From Narcine bancroftii (Eukaryota): a stretch of DNA of 64,000 bases. A program made the translations under genes and the position numbers. The DNA is taken from positions 57,598,001-57,662,000 of the forward strand of contig NC_091473.1 of assembly GCF_036971445.1 (NCBI RefSeq), read 5' to 3'. Of this stretch, positions 48,126 through 60,725 are shown in pieces. The notes below the pieces were generated by a model, which did no database searches, was not told the origin of the DNA, and worked only from the letters and a program-made list of their open reading frames with translations. Position 1 is the stretch's first letter. Every line of letters starts with the position of its first letter.

Positions 48126-48965
48126 CATTAATCTTCAGTCTGATGCTCATTAATCTTCAGTCTGATGCTCATTAATCTTCAGTCTGATGCTCATTAATCT
48201 TCAGTCTGATGCTCATTAATCTTCAGTCTGATGCTCATTAATCTTCAGTCTGATGCTCATTAATCTTCAGTCTGATGCTCATTAATCTTCAGTCTGATGC
48301 TCATTAATCTTCAGTCTGATGCTCATTAATCTTCAGTCTGATGCTCATTAATCTTCAGTCTGATGCTCATTAATCTTTAGTCTGATGCTCACCAATCTTC
48401 AGTCTGATGCTCACCAATCTTCAGTCTGATGCTCATTAATCTTCAGTCTGATGCTCAATAATCTTCAGTCTGATGCTCATTAATCTTCAGTCTGATGCTC
48501 ATTAATCTTCAGTCTGATGCTCATTAATCTTCAGTCTGATGCTGATTAATCTTCAGTCTGATGCTCATTAATCTTCAGTCTGATGCTCATTAATCTTCAG
48601 TCTGATGCTCATTAATCTTCAGTCTGATGCTCATTAATCTTCGGTCTGATGCTCACCAATCTTCGGTCTGATGCTCACCAATCTTCGGTCTGATGCTCAT
48701 TAATCTTCGGTCTGATGCTCAATAATCTTCGGTCTGATGCTCACTAATCTTCGGTCTGATGCTCACTAATCTTCAGTCTGATGCTCATTAATCTTCAGTC
48801 TGATGCTCACCAATCTTCAGTCTGATGCTCATTAATCTTCAGTCTGATGCTCATTAATCTTCAGTCTGATGCTCATTAATCTTCAGTCTGATGTTCATTA
48901 ATCTTCAGTCTGATGCTCATTAATCTTCAGTCTGATGCTCATTAACCTTCAGTTTGATGCTCATT
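48126..48965. repeat. Minisatellite: 38 full copies of 22-bp CATTAATCTTCAGTCTGATGCT
   Basis: Units start at 48126+22n with no indels. No spacers, so not a CRISPR array. No ORF of 60 aa or more. Confidence 0.98.
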
Positions 48966-49184
48966 TGTCTTTGGATTACTAAGTGCTGGAAGACGAGCAC
49001 ATTTCACTGTGATCTATAGATGTATTGGGAGGGAAATTGGCAAGGTTGCTTTAGTTGAAATTTGAAGATGTTTCATGACCAGAGCCTATACACTATGAAA
49101 TGTGTCATTAAAAAGAAAAGGCAGAACTTTATCTGGCATCTTTTGTAAATTCCAAAGAAATTTGCAATCAACAAAACTAGGTTA

Positions 49185-49740
49185 CCAACACAGAAAATTG
49201 CTGGAGGAACTCAGCAGGTCGCAATAGAAAGCAATAGGTAGTCGATGGTTCGAGCCTCAGCCTGTCAGGGATGCCAATGCCTAAATAAGAAGGTGGGGCT
49301 GGAGGAAAGGAAGGAGCACAGGCTGGGTGATGGGTGAATGCTGGTGGGAGGGTGAAGAAAGAAGCTGAAGTGATAGGTGCAGGGGGCAGAGGACTGACAA
49401 AGATTCTCTTTGATGGGAGGGAAGAAGGTGGGAGGTGGAGGAAAGAAGAGGAAGGGCAGGGGAAAGAGAAGGAAAGGAGTCAAAGGGATGAAGGATAATG
49501 AGAGAGGAAAGGAAAATAAGAGAACAGGGTTATTGGAAATGGGAGGTCAATATTGATGCCATCTGGTTGGAGAGTACCAAGATGGGAATAGGAGGTGTTG
49601 TTCCTCCAATTTACAGGTCACCTCAGCGAGCTAGTGCACAAGGTCATGGCCAGGCATGTCAGCATAGGGATGAGATGTAAAATGGAAGTGACTTGCCACT
49701 CAGAGAGCTTTGTTGCAGTGGACTGAGCGAAAGGTGTTAA
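49185..49740 (-). mobile_element. Penelope-like element 3' end, decayed
   Basis: Reverse-complement homolog of 31940-32470: 'tgtaaattggaggaacaacacc...caaccagatggcatcaatattgac', a pyrimidine tract, then the terminal 'gacctgctgagttcctccagc'. Confidence 0.8.
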
Positions 49741-50022
49741 CATGCTGTTCTTAGGAAGAAGCATGCTGTGCTTTCAAAGCTTCCACTTGAATAGAAACAT
49801 TTCCTTGTGGTTCCAGTCGCCAAAAGCTCTGTGCAGACTTTCCTTGGTTTCATGCAATCATTCATGATGAATTTTCTGTTTGATGTTTCCTCCACAAGAC
49901 TCGGTGCATCCAATGATCCAGTACTCAGGAAGGAAGGAACCATAGAAATACCATAGATAATGCACCTAAGCCTCAGGGTGTATATTTTGAATTTGTTACT
50001 GGGTCACGTGTCATCTTTGTTG

Positions 50023-51560
50023 AAAGATTCAGATTTATTGTCAGAAAATTTACATGAGATCACATACAACCCTGAGACTCCTTTTTCGTGCGGGCACGGC
50101 AGAATTACCACTAATTGGGAGTGCAAAAAATAAACTGTACACAATGTACAGATAAAGAATGTAAACAAACTGCGCAATATGGAGAAAATAAAATGCTCAA
50201 AGTGCACAAGTAAGACTCCTTAAATGAGTCCCTGATTGAGTTTGTTGTTGAGGTCCAATAGTGGAAGGGTAGCAGCTGTTCCTGAACCTGGTGGTGCGTG
50301 TTGTGGCACCTATGTATTTTTCCCGATGGCACCAGAGAGAACAGAGCATATGTGCATGGTGTGGATCCTTCATGATTGCTGCTGCTCTTTTACAGCAGTG
50401 TTCACCCTGTAGATGTTCTTGATAGCTTTGAGGGTTTTGCCTGTGATGACCTGGGCTGTGTCCCTTACCTTTTGGAGGGCTTTATACTCATGGGTATTGG
50501 TGTCCCCATTCCGGGCACATTTTCCACAACACATCTGAAGAAATGTGCCACTGTTTCTGGTGTCATACCAAACCTCTGCAAACCCCTGAGGAAGTAGAGG
50601 TGCCAATATGCTTTCTTCATGATGCCATTAATGTGTTGGGTCCAGGAAAGATCCTGCAGGATAGTGCCTTCCAAGAAGTTAAATTTGCTCACCCTTTCCA
50701 CCTCTGATTTTCCCCAATGATCACTGGATTGTATACCTCTGGTTTTCCCTTCCTGAAGTCAATAATCAGCTCCTTAGTTTTGATGACATTGAGTGCAAGG
50801 TTGTTGTCGGTGCACCATTCAGCCAAGTTTTCGATTTCCCTCCTACATGCTGACTCATCCCCTTCCTTTCTACAACCCACTATCATGGTAACACCGGCAA
50901 ACTTGTAGATGGTGTTATTGTTGTACTGAACGACACAATCATAGGTGCAAAGTGAGTAGAGCAGGGGGCTAAGAATGCAGGCCTGTGGTGGTCCAGTACT
51001 GATAAGATTGTGGAGGAGAAGTTCTTGCCTATCCTCTCTGATTGTCATCTAGAGATGAGGTATTTCATGATCCAATTACACAGTGGGGTGTTGAGTCCCA
51101 GGCCTTGGAGTTTGCTCATCAGTTTTGAGGGAGGATGATGATAAATATCAATCTGTAGTCAATAGAATATCCTGATGTATACATCTTTGCTGTCCAAGTG
51201 TTCCAGGCTTTGTGTCGAGCTAGTGAGATGGCATCTGTTGTAGACCTGTTGGTACAATAGGCGAACTGAAACGTTTCCATATCTCTGCTTAGACAATAGC
51301 TGATATGCTTCAAAGTACTTCATTACTGTTCAATAGTCATTAAAGCCTCATCTCGGGCACCGGCATGATTGATGCCTGTTTGAAGCAGATGGGTACCACG
51401 CCCTGCCAGAGTGAGATCTTGAAGATATCCATGAATACATTAGTAAGTTGGTCAGCACAGATTTTTAATACTCGGCCGGGTACTCCAATTGGTCTGAATG
51501 CTTCCCTCTGATTCACTCTCCTGAAGGCAGTATGCACATCATCCTCGGATACACTAGCCT
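50023..51560 (-). mobile_element. Rex1/Babar LINE, 5'-truncated, decayed
   Basis: GVPGRVLKICADQL (51340-51537), FQFAYCTNRSTTDAI, GPPQACILSPLLYSLCTYDC...YKFAG...TKELIIDFRK (50689-51048); tail at 50023. Confidence 0.93.
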
Positions 51561-52984
51561 AACAGTTAAGGTGAGGGTAAGGGAAGCAGTTTTATTTCTT
51601 CTTGTGAATGATGTATGATGCATTTAGTATGAAGTAAAAATTGTAGGGTGCAGGAAGGGTGTCTGTCAACTTACGACATCCTTCTGCACTCATCTCGGTA
51701 TTTCCTAATGCAGTCCACGAAACTCAGCAGGTCATGCAACATCCATAGGATAGGGAGTAAAAGGCCGCAACGTTCCTAGCCTGAACCCTTTGGGTTTAGT
51801 ACCAGGTACCTCCCCAAGATGCTTGTTGCTCTGCGAGCTTTGGATGGAGATTTTCCAGAGAACATTCCTGAGCATGTGCTAAACCTTCATCTTTGTGAAA
51901 CTGTCCTTGTTATTTGACTTTGTCCAATCAAGTTTGCTGCACAATGGTTACCTGGTCCCTCTGTGGAAAGTTGTGCAATTTTTAAGCCACTGGAATGGCA
52001 TCTATTAGTATGGATTTTTTTTAATCTAGTTTCATTGTTGAATACATCTGTGTGTGGTTCATGCAGGGTTATTCCAGCAGCAGTTTGTTCATAAGTTTTT
52101 TTTTAAAAAGACCTACTCAAAGTTTATTGTAGATTTTTGCGAGCTCCTTGGGACTTTGAGTGTCTGCACACCATGTGCTGAATGCATTAGGGGCAGCACA
52201 TGAACAGGAAGTTCCTTGGCTGGAGCAGCCCTTCGTGATAGAGCAGAAGGCAAAAATGTTCCAGCTGGCAAATGGTGGTAATGTGTCCACTGGAGTGCAA
52301 AAGGAGGATGACTAAACTGGTGTGTCTGAGAACAACTCTCTGCCAGTGTGATTTATCTGATGTGTGGTTTCTTTTCAATCACAATAGGAAATGCACTTCA
52401 GTAACCTTTCTGTACTTTTCTTAAGCCATGAAAATTTATCAATGTTAAATTGTATTGGGACAAAGAGTCTAAAGGTTTAAGTTCAGTGTGAAATTAATAC
52501 AACAGAATCGCTTTAGTGCCTGGAGCAAACTTTGTGCACACTTTGTGACTGTAACTGCCTTTTGGGAAATGTCTACAAACCTTCTGCTGCTCTTTAAGCA
52601 TTTTCTTTTCCAAATAGGGTAATAAAATGCTGGATATTAACATTGTCTAGTTTTCATTTCTTTGAAGAAATAAAACAGCAAATAGGGTCATTTGCTTTCT
52701 CCCTCTATTTTGACTTGTTTTAATCGATTGTCCTGCCTCGATTAAAGTTGATGCTTTCCACTTGGCCATCCATGTTTATAAAGTGAAGCCATCCTGACAG
52801 CTGTGTGAATGATATGTGGTTTCACCCGTGCTGCAGTGTTTGCACTGTAAATATTGATCAAATTTAAGGGGTGACATTGTTTCAGTCCCTCACTCCACGG
52901 AAAAGCAAGAACCTCCCAACTTTCAAAACACTTTGTTTGGGTTTAGTTTCCTCAAGTTAAATTTAGTGCAGTTTTCATGGAATT

Positions 52985-53285
52985 ATACAAACTAGTTCAT
53001 TCAGCTCTTCGCGTCTGTGCCAGCATACAATACAATCATGGCTGATCATGTCACCTCAGTACCCTAATCCTTTCTCTCCATACCCCTTGAGCTATTAAAC
53101 TCATTTGAATAAATCAAATTTACTATTCTCTACTTTTAATGAAGGGAGTTTCACAATTTTGAAAAAGTTTCTCCTCTCCTCAGTCCTAAATAGCTTTTTT
53201 AATCCTTAGACTATGACCCCGCCTTACACTGGATTTCCTAACATCAGGAGCACTCTTCCTGCATCTCTAGTCCTGTCAGACCCGT
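52985..53285 (-). mobile_element. CR1 3' remnant
   Basis: Homologous to 40330-40660 (tcatggctgatc, ctcctc.tc..gtcctaaat, ctggattt, agtcctg.caga). Confidence 0.6.
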
Positions 53286-53918
53286 CGTGTTTTAATTTTG
53301 TGAAACGTTTTCTTGTCATTTTTATCAAGCACCATCTTTTTCATTTTTTATAAATTGTCTGCAATGAAGAGCCTTGTACGTCAGCAATTATAGCTGATTT
53401 TTAAACAAAACATCAGCCAGAATATCATTAATATAACAAGAAAACACTGCAGATGTCGGAAATGCAAAATAAAAATAAGCCAAAAAGCTGGAAACACTCT
53501 GCATCTGTGGAGAGAAGAACAATTTTAATGTTTTAAGCCAGTGGCACACCAGAGTCATTGGCCTGGAAACTTTTTTGTAATCTTTCCACAAGTGCTAGCT
53601 GATGACAGCTTTCTTTTCCTTCTAATAATAAACACCTTGTAGTTAAGGGCCCTGCAAGCACATCTTTATGGTCCTTCGAGGTATTGCATTCAGATCACTA
53701 ATTCCCATCACTTTGTGAGAGAATGGCATTACTGAGACTTTCTGTTGAATATTTAGCTTCATGTTGGTCTGCTGGACCCAATCACTTCTGTGTACAATTT
53801 GAAGACTAAGGTCATTTGACATTTTTTCCTTGACCAAATTTGAATGGCCAGCTTTGACACAACGAAGAGGGATCCCCTCTGACTGGCAAAGGACACAGAC
53901 ACCAAGCTCTAGCTACAG

Positions 53919-54277
53919 CAATGGATCTCAACCTTTTTCTTTCCACTCACATACCACTTTAAGTATTCACTATGGCATGGGTGCTCTATGATTAGTAAAG
54001 GATTGCTTAAGGTGGTGTGTGGGTGGAAAGAAAAAGTTTGAAAACCACTGTTGACTTGTTATGTGCACGGTTTCATAACTCCAAAGGAAATTGGCCAATG
54101 ACCATTTTTCTCAAGCGAAATATTTCAGTAACAATTGGGTCTAGAGCAGTGATTCTCAACCTTCCCTTCCTGCTCACATGCCACCTTAAGCAATCCCTTG
54201 CTAATCACAGAGCTACGATGACATAGAGATGAGTTAAAGTGGTACGTGAGTGGAAAGAAATAGGTTGAGAACCACTG
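53919..54277. mobile_element. Compound hAT (Charlie-type) non-autonomous element: two ~131-bp MITEs in inverted orientation around a 96-bp spacer
   Basis: Unit A 53919-54050 and unit B 54147-54277 each have CAGTGGTTCTCAA-type TIRs. B is the reverse complement of A and is preceded by gtctagag (Charlie NTCTAGAN target). Confidence 0.85.
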
Positions 54278-55430
54278 ATCTATATTGAATAACATCATCC
54301 TAGCAAGACAGAGAATCTTTGGGTTCAGGAACTCAGCAAAATTACAAATGCACTGATCTAAAAAAAACACTTTTTATGTGGAATTCTTTTGGATTTTTCA
54401 CTTTTCCCTTAAATTTGTAGTACTATTGTGAGATTTTAGCTTTTGAACTTCAGGCACTCATTTTTTTTGAACTTCATTCAAGATTTGCTTCTTGGCTTGA
54501 GGATTATTTGGATGTCTCAAATAGAGCTATAGCCACAAAGAAGTGTTTGTGTCAAATCAAATATGAAGTCGTTTTTTGGCGCTGCAGAGTTGTTTTCTCC
54601 CCCCCCCCCCCCCCACCCCCCCTCAAAGCAGGAGTCACACAGTCTGTGTGGGAGCATGATGCAGATTGAACTAGCTCAGCAGTTCACTTCCGTCAATTGT
54701 TTCTGAACATCTCCCAGTTAAGATCGGAAAAGGAATTTCATCCTTTCTGGAACTTCACTGAGTGCCATAATCAAGGAATTAGCATTGTCGAGCAGGCTTT
54801 ATGCTTTGGTTGACTTTGAGATTCCAGGGACAGTTTGGTTTAAACGAGCAGACCAGGCGATCTGGTGGATCCTGGCTGTGTCTGTAAGATGACTTGCACA
54901 AACTCATCTAGACTGGCTTTTCACAATGGTTTGTAAGGCAAATGAAAAATATGTTTCAAAAAAATGGCTTATTTTCCTATGTTGGTGAGTATATCTTAAT
55001 GGAGATGTATAAAGGATAATTTAATTCTAACCAGATGTTTATTTAAAAATTATTGAAATGAGCAATGCATATTAAAAATGTTGATTTTCATAATCAGTGC
55101 CATCATTTTGCATTTTCTTGACATTTGTGCATTTTCCTTTTAATCATGGCATATGGTATTCTCTTTAGAAATGTTTTAATTTGGTCTAGGATTTATTTAT
55201 AATGCTAAAAAGGATGTAGTAATGAAGGTGTTGGTGAAGCTTTGTTAGTTAACATATGTGACTTCAGAAGCAAAGTGAAGTAAAAAGCATCAAAACTGGA
55301 TTCAGATCGGGTCACGGTTCTGACTTGTTGGTCATTGGGTGTTGGTACCGAGGTGAAATTGCTCCTAGCAGCATTGCAAAATCGAAATGCAAACATGGTC
55401 AATGAAGTGCAAGTTTTTAATATATGGTAT

Positions 55431-55644
55431 TGTTGCGAGAGGTGCAGTGAATAAAGGACAACAGAAGTTGTCTGTGAGCTGAACCAACAGAACCGTTTAA
55501 TGGAATCTTCGCAGGAGTTTAAATATTTACATTTGGCGCACTATCACAATCACCCGACCTCTGAAGTCACGCGACCACCAGGAACTCCTGATCTGCGGGA
55601 GTCCACAACTACGGACACCGGTTTGAGTGGTGCGATTCACCACA
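55431..55644 (-). repeat. 3' LTR of CsRn1-like element
   Basis: Direct repeat of 58693-58947 with substitutions and deletions. Confidence 0.85.
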
Positions 55645-56341
55645 TAACACCCCTACCCTCCCCAAGAACTGGAGTTCAGAGGTGACACTTCAGTCTCACC
55701 TATATGGCTAGAATGGGCCAGCGGATACCTCCTGTGCCAAGACATGCCACCTGTACTGACCGGCTGATCTAGGTCCACATGTGTTGGATTAAGGTGTTCT
55801 TCCAAAACAGTTTCTTACCTGCCGCCAATGTCTATAATAAGCGTGGAGCCTTCATTCCGTACCACCTTGAAAGGACCTTCATATGACTATTGCTATGGGG
55901 TCCTGTGCGCATCCCTATGCAGGAATACATAAAGTCAGTCCTTGAGTTCAGGCAGAATATATGAAGTCGTAGACCCATGCGTGGGTTGCCGGGCTAGGCA
56001 TCAGTGTACCCACTTTCTCCTTTAAGTGTCTGAGTTCTGAGCTGTGAAATTCTTGGAGAGAAATCCCCTGAGACCGTTAGGGGTCTCTATAAACCAATTC
56101 TGCGGAGGACGTAGCTAGATCTTCCTTTGATGCAGTACGGGTACCTAAAAGTACCCAAAGCAGTTCATCTAACCAATCTGGTCCCTTAAGATGTGCCATG
56201 AGAGCCATTTTTATTTGACGGTGAAAACATTCCACTAAGCTGTTAGACTAGAGATGATAGGCCACCAACCAATGCAGCTGCGTGCCCAGCAACTGCAATT
56301 GTGGACCATAATATGGACGTAAACTGAGCTCCTCTGTCAGA

Positions 56342-56586
56342 TGTATATTTTTGATTTTTTTTTTTCCCCCTGAACCCATGCTCTCTGTCTTCATTCGCAG
56401 ACCCTAAATTCTACAGGAAGGAGTTAATGGAGTGAACTGGGATTCACTGGTAGGGTATTATAACCCTGGTTTCCCGCTAAACCCAGAACCCTTCTGAAGA
56501 CGACTGTGAGACCCTACCCTTAATTATAAGCTAATAAAAGTGTTTGTTCTCCCTCCTGTCATGAGAACTTTTATTCGCCCTTCACA
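56342..56586 (+). mobile_element. Foreign LTR-like segment (245 bp) embedded in the CsRn1-like pol
   Basis: TG...CA limits, tattataa at ~56456 and AATAAA at 56533; unrelated to the host LTRs; no TSD. Confidence 0.5.
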
Positions 56587-58679
56587 TTGATGAGCTGCTC
56601 CAGGATCCCACCTACCACAGTGCCTGAAGCATCCACCGTCAGAACTGTACAGTAGCTATTGCAAGCGCTCTTTTTGCAGGTTCAAATGCGGCCGCGCCCT
56701 CGTCATCCCATGTCAGTTCTTTGGGATGTCCAGTTAAGACTTTGAAAAGAGGATGCATAACTTTGGCTGAAGCTGGAACCAAACGATGGTAAAGGTTAAT
56801 CTTGTCAACAAACTCTTGCAGGCTTTTAATGATGGAGGGTCTTGGAAATTTGAAAATAGCCTCGACCTTGGAACTGCTCCATGCTGACTAATGCGATCCC
56901 AAGGAAATCGATTGATGTGAGGCCAAACTGGTATTTGGCCAGATTGATCACTAACCCATGGTCATCTAGCCGCTGACATAGTTGACGGAGATGGGCCCAG
57001 TGTTGCTGCGAGTGGCTGGTGACAAGGATGTCATCCAAATAAACGAATACAAAATCCAGGCCCAGGGAAGATGGAGCAAGATCAGGCGTTGAAATGTCTG
57101 GGCCACGCTTTTTAAACCAAAGGGTATATGGAGGAATTCAAATAGCCTAAACGGGGTATTCAAGGCAGTCTTAGGAATGTCATCCGAGTGAACTGGGTTG
57201 TGATGGTATCCGCGCACCAGGTCAATTTTGGAGAAAATCTTAGCGCCATGAAGAATTGCAAAGAAATCCTGTATATGGGGAACTGGGTAGCGATCTGCCA
57301 CAGTGATGTCGTTCAGATGCCAATAGTCCCCACAAGGTCTCCACTCTCCAGACAACTTAGGTACCACATGCAGCAGTGATGTCCAAGGGCTGTCAGAGCA
57401 GCGAACAATCCCCATTTCCTCCATGTGTCGGAATTAGTCTTTAACCAATTGCAATTTATCCAGAGACAGCCTGTGCACTCGAACATGCGGGGGACGTCCA
57501 TGAGATGCTGTACTCCAAGTTTTGGTTGGGCTGTCGAGAACTGCGGAGTAATAACGCTGGGCAATTCCACTAGGATTCTGGCATATTCATTGTCTGAGAG
57601 CATCACCGAGTTCAGGCGAGATGCAGGCAATTCTGCAGGGTTCAAGGCGAGGGACTCGAAAGCCTTTGCATTAACTAGGCAGTGACCTTTGAGATCTACT
57701 AGAAAGGTGTGTGCTCACAAAAAATCAGCTCTTAGGAGTGGCTGTGATACATCAGTAATGGTGAAGGACAAACTGAAATTGAGTGGAATTGTTCGTGACC
57801 CGTATGCCCGGATGCTGCTGTTGTTGGTGGTCATGAGGGAAGGGTGCTTCTTTCTTAAATGTTTGTCTGGCTGGAGGAGGGAAACACACTAACCTCCACT
57901 CCAGTGTCGACCAAGAACCAGTGGTCTGAGTGTTGATCCCAGAGGAAAAGGAGGTTGTTCTTGTGGCTGGCCATCGCGGTCACTACCAATGGCCAGCCTT
58001 AGCGTTTCCCGGATGCGTGCAAGAGGGACAGCAGCAGCGGTTTGCAGCTCCCCATCTCTGATGGTAATAGCACTATTGTTCTGTCTGTGCTGTGTCTGGT
58101 CGAGTCTGATGCCACCCTGCTATTGGGAGTGGCAGAGTTCGTGCCCTTTGCCGAGGTACCCCTACGCGCCTAACTGAAAGTCTACTATGCTGCTTAGCAC
58201 GCCACAACTCATCAGCACGGGCTGCTAAGCGACAGGGGTCGTTAAAGTATTTATCTGCAAGCAGCAGACTGATGTCTTCTGGCATTTGCTTGAGGAAAAG
58301 TTGCTCAAAAAGCATGGGCACCAGCATTTTGTTCAATAGTTCAGAAGGAGTGTAGTTTCCTAGGCCATCCATAGGGAGACATCGTGCTGCATTTTTGTGT
58401 CGGGAAAGGCAAAAAATATATGAGCGGGACTTTGCTGACTTCATACCTGTTGTTAGCTGGAGGCTGGCGTAAGAAATCGACAATATGTCCTGCGGTGTCT
58501 TGGTCCAGTGATGCATGACATAGTAGTATTTAATTGCGTCAGCGGTAATCTGGTGCGGATAGAACTGGGCCTTGGTCTGCTCGAATCAGACCTGTGGTTG
58601 TGAGGTCCAAAGTACCGGAAGTTTGAGCACAATGATGTTCTGCATGTCCATGGTGAGGTCCAAAATGTCATTTGGACCA

Positions 58680-58691
58680 TCGGGGTCACCA
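58680..58691 (-). promoter_or_regulatory. Primer-binding site complementary to the tRNA-Trp 3' end
   Basis: TGGTGACCCCGA lies 1 nt downstream of the 5' LTR; vertebrate tRNA-Trp ends ...UCGGGGUCACCA. Confidence 0.88.
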
Positions 58692-58692
58692 A

Positions 58693-58947
58693 TGTAGCAA
58701 GTGGTGCATGGAATAAAGTACAGCAGAAGTTGTCTGTGAGCTGAACCAACAGAACTGATTAATGCAATCTTCACAGGAGTTTAAATAATTACAGTTGGCT
58801 GTAATTACACTGTCACAATCACCCAACCTCTGAAGCCACGCACTCCCCAGAGTTCTTTGTGCCCCCCGACCACCAGGAACTCTTGATCCTGTGGGGGCCC
58901 GCGACTAAGGACGCCGGTTTGATAATGGAGTGGCGTGGTTCGCCACA
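58693..58947 (-). repeat. 5' LTR of CsRn1-like element
   Basis: TGTGGCG...CTACA on the - strand, immediately followed by the PBS. Confidence 0.85.
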
Positions 58948-59140
58948 GCATCTCCTTTTGTGGGATGTTATGAACTTGCATTAAGGTGTTTAATGACTTG
59001 AAGGAAGTCTAAGTTGATGAGATGCGCTGTTCTCCCAGGAGAACTCTTGAGATTTGATGGAAGTTATTACCAATAGAGGATTCACTCCACTGCACAATTT
59101 GTACTGGTACATCTTTGAAGCTGCTTTAAGCATTTTATTT

Positions 59141-59244
59141 TGGCCTCTCTTACACTGGCTTCAGGAATGCAGAACGGGAGTCACTCACGAGTGCCACACT
59201 TAATGTCACCGCTTCCCTAGAGCTAGAAGTGTGTAAAGGGGTCA
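59141..59244. mobile_element. Possible short Harbinger-like MITE
   Basis: tggcctctcttacact / tgtgtaaaggggtca imperfect TIRs resembling those of 15705-16753; ttt on both flanks. Confidence 0.35.
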
Positions 59245-59809
59245 TTTCATAGCTATCTTGTCGGCAGGAAATCACTGCAACCTCCAAATCAAAATATTCA
59301 ACAGCAATTTGAATTCACTATGTGAACCTGTCACCAACCTGCCACTGATTCATATGAGCACATTGCCAACAGTGCAATAATGTGCCTGAAGCACATCTCA
59401 TGGTAAATTAGTTGCAAGAGCGCAGCCCTGGTTTCTGACTGAGAACACGTGTCCTTGAGTTTAGGATCTGAAATTTTATTTAAAAATGACTCCTAGCCTC
59501 ATAACTTGTAGCTTGAATACTTAAGGTCTCATTACTTTTTTCTTTATTTTCTGCTCTATGTACTAAACAAATTCTCCAGTCCCTGATATTTCAGGAGATT
59601 GTTGTGTAAATCTATATTGGGATTGTATTTATGCAGATTTCTTGCCCCTTCTGGCAATATAAATGATAATTCATTGTGTGGAAATGGATGCACAAAAGTT
59701 GACAGCATAAACACATTTGAGAAAAACCAGTTATGGGAGATCTTGGAAAAATGGAACATAACCTTTAAGAATAATTAACTTTCGGCTCACGCACCTTCCT
59801 CACGCAAGG

Positions 59810-60228
59810 TTGACAGGACTGCAGGTTATCTCTTTGGAGCAACAATAGTTAAGGGGTGACTTGATATGGAGGTATATATGATCATGAGGAGCTTCGATAG
59901 GGTGGACAAACAGTTCCTTTTTACTGTGGCCACAATAGCAAATACCAGACGACATCTGTTTAAAGTGAGTTGAGGAAAATTTAAGGGAAATGACAGAGGT
60001 AAGTTTTTTTTACACAAAGAGTGGTGGGTACCCGAACTGCATTGCCAGGGGTATGGTGGAGGCTGCTACAGTAGGGACATTCAGAAGACTCTAGATAGGC
60101 ACATGCATGCAAGAGAAGTAGAGGGTTATGGGTGTGAGGAAGGGAAGAATGACATAGTTGTGGAATAGTTTACATAGGTGAGCGCAATGTCATGGGCTGA
60201 AGGGCCTACATTGTTCTGTAATGATCTA
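59810..60228 (+). mobile_element. CR1 LINE 3' end, decayed
   Basis: GLSLWS...LRGDL..VY.IMR..DRVD and FFTQRVVG-like coding remnants; tail atgggctgaagggcctacattgttctgtaatgatctatg. Confidence 0.85.
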
Positions 60229-60522
60229 TGAATGAGATTACTATTTTTGGGTCCTCTTGTGTAGGTGGAGTCTGAACTGACTGTGGCATTGTAGGCTTGT
60301 GACTTGTTGGTGGGAGCTGGTGACTGATCAATTTCTCTCCCTCCCCATCCTGAAAAGGTTTAAAAACCAACAAGTTTAGAGTTTGTTGTTTCAGCAAGTG
60401 ATGTAGTGTAATGTTAATCACCAGTAGGATATTTCTGACAGCTTCATTGTGTGCCTGAACCTCTTGAGTAAATAAATGGCACTGATCCAATTTGCAGCAT
60501 AATTTTAAAAAAATTTTATTAA

Positions 60523-60725
60523 CTTTAGAGGTACACCATGGTAACAGGCCCTTGTAGCCCAAGAGCCTCTGCTATCTATGTAAATGCATGCGACCAATTA
60601 GCATGCTAACCCCATAGGTCTTGGGAGGAAACTGGAGGAAACCCATGCAGTCATTGGAAGAATGTAAAAGCTTCTCACAGACAGTGGTGAATTCCAACCC
60701 ATCACTGGTGTTGTATTAGCATTTC
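60523..60725 (-). mobile_element. V-domain SINE, decayed
   Basis: Homologous to 33189-33428 (ggtaacaggcc...ggaggaaactggag..aaacccatgcag...acagaca). Confidence 0.65.

Larger units (their letters stand above)
55431..58947 (-). mobile_element. Ty3/Gypsy LTR retrotransposon, CsRn1-like (tRNA-Trp PBS), internally deleted and decayed
   Basis: LTRs 55431-55644 and 58693-58947; PBS TGGTGACCCCGA; PPT ggggagggtagggg; flanks gtat/gcat; gag (LKLPVLWTSQPQV, GLGNYTPSELL), protease WFLVDTG, RT SDSPW...WRPCGDY...FSKIDLVRGYH...YLDD, integrase TSDRGAQFTS. Confidence 0.93.

Noticed and set aside
48126-48965. CRISPR array or tandem hammerhead array (the unit contains CTGATG and, on the - strand, CTGAAGA)
   Set aside because: There are no unique spacers and no cas genes in a eukaryotic context; there is no GAAA element or stem II to complete a hammerhead.
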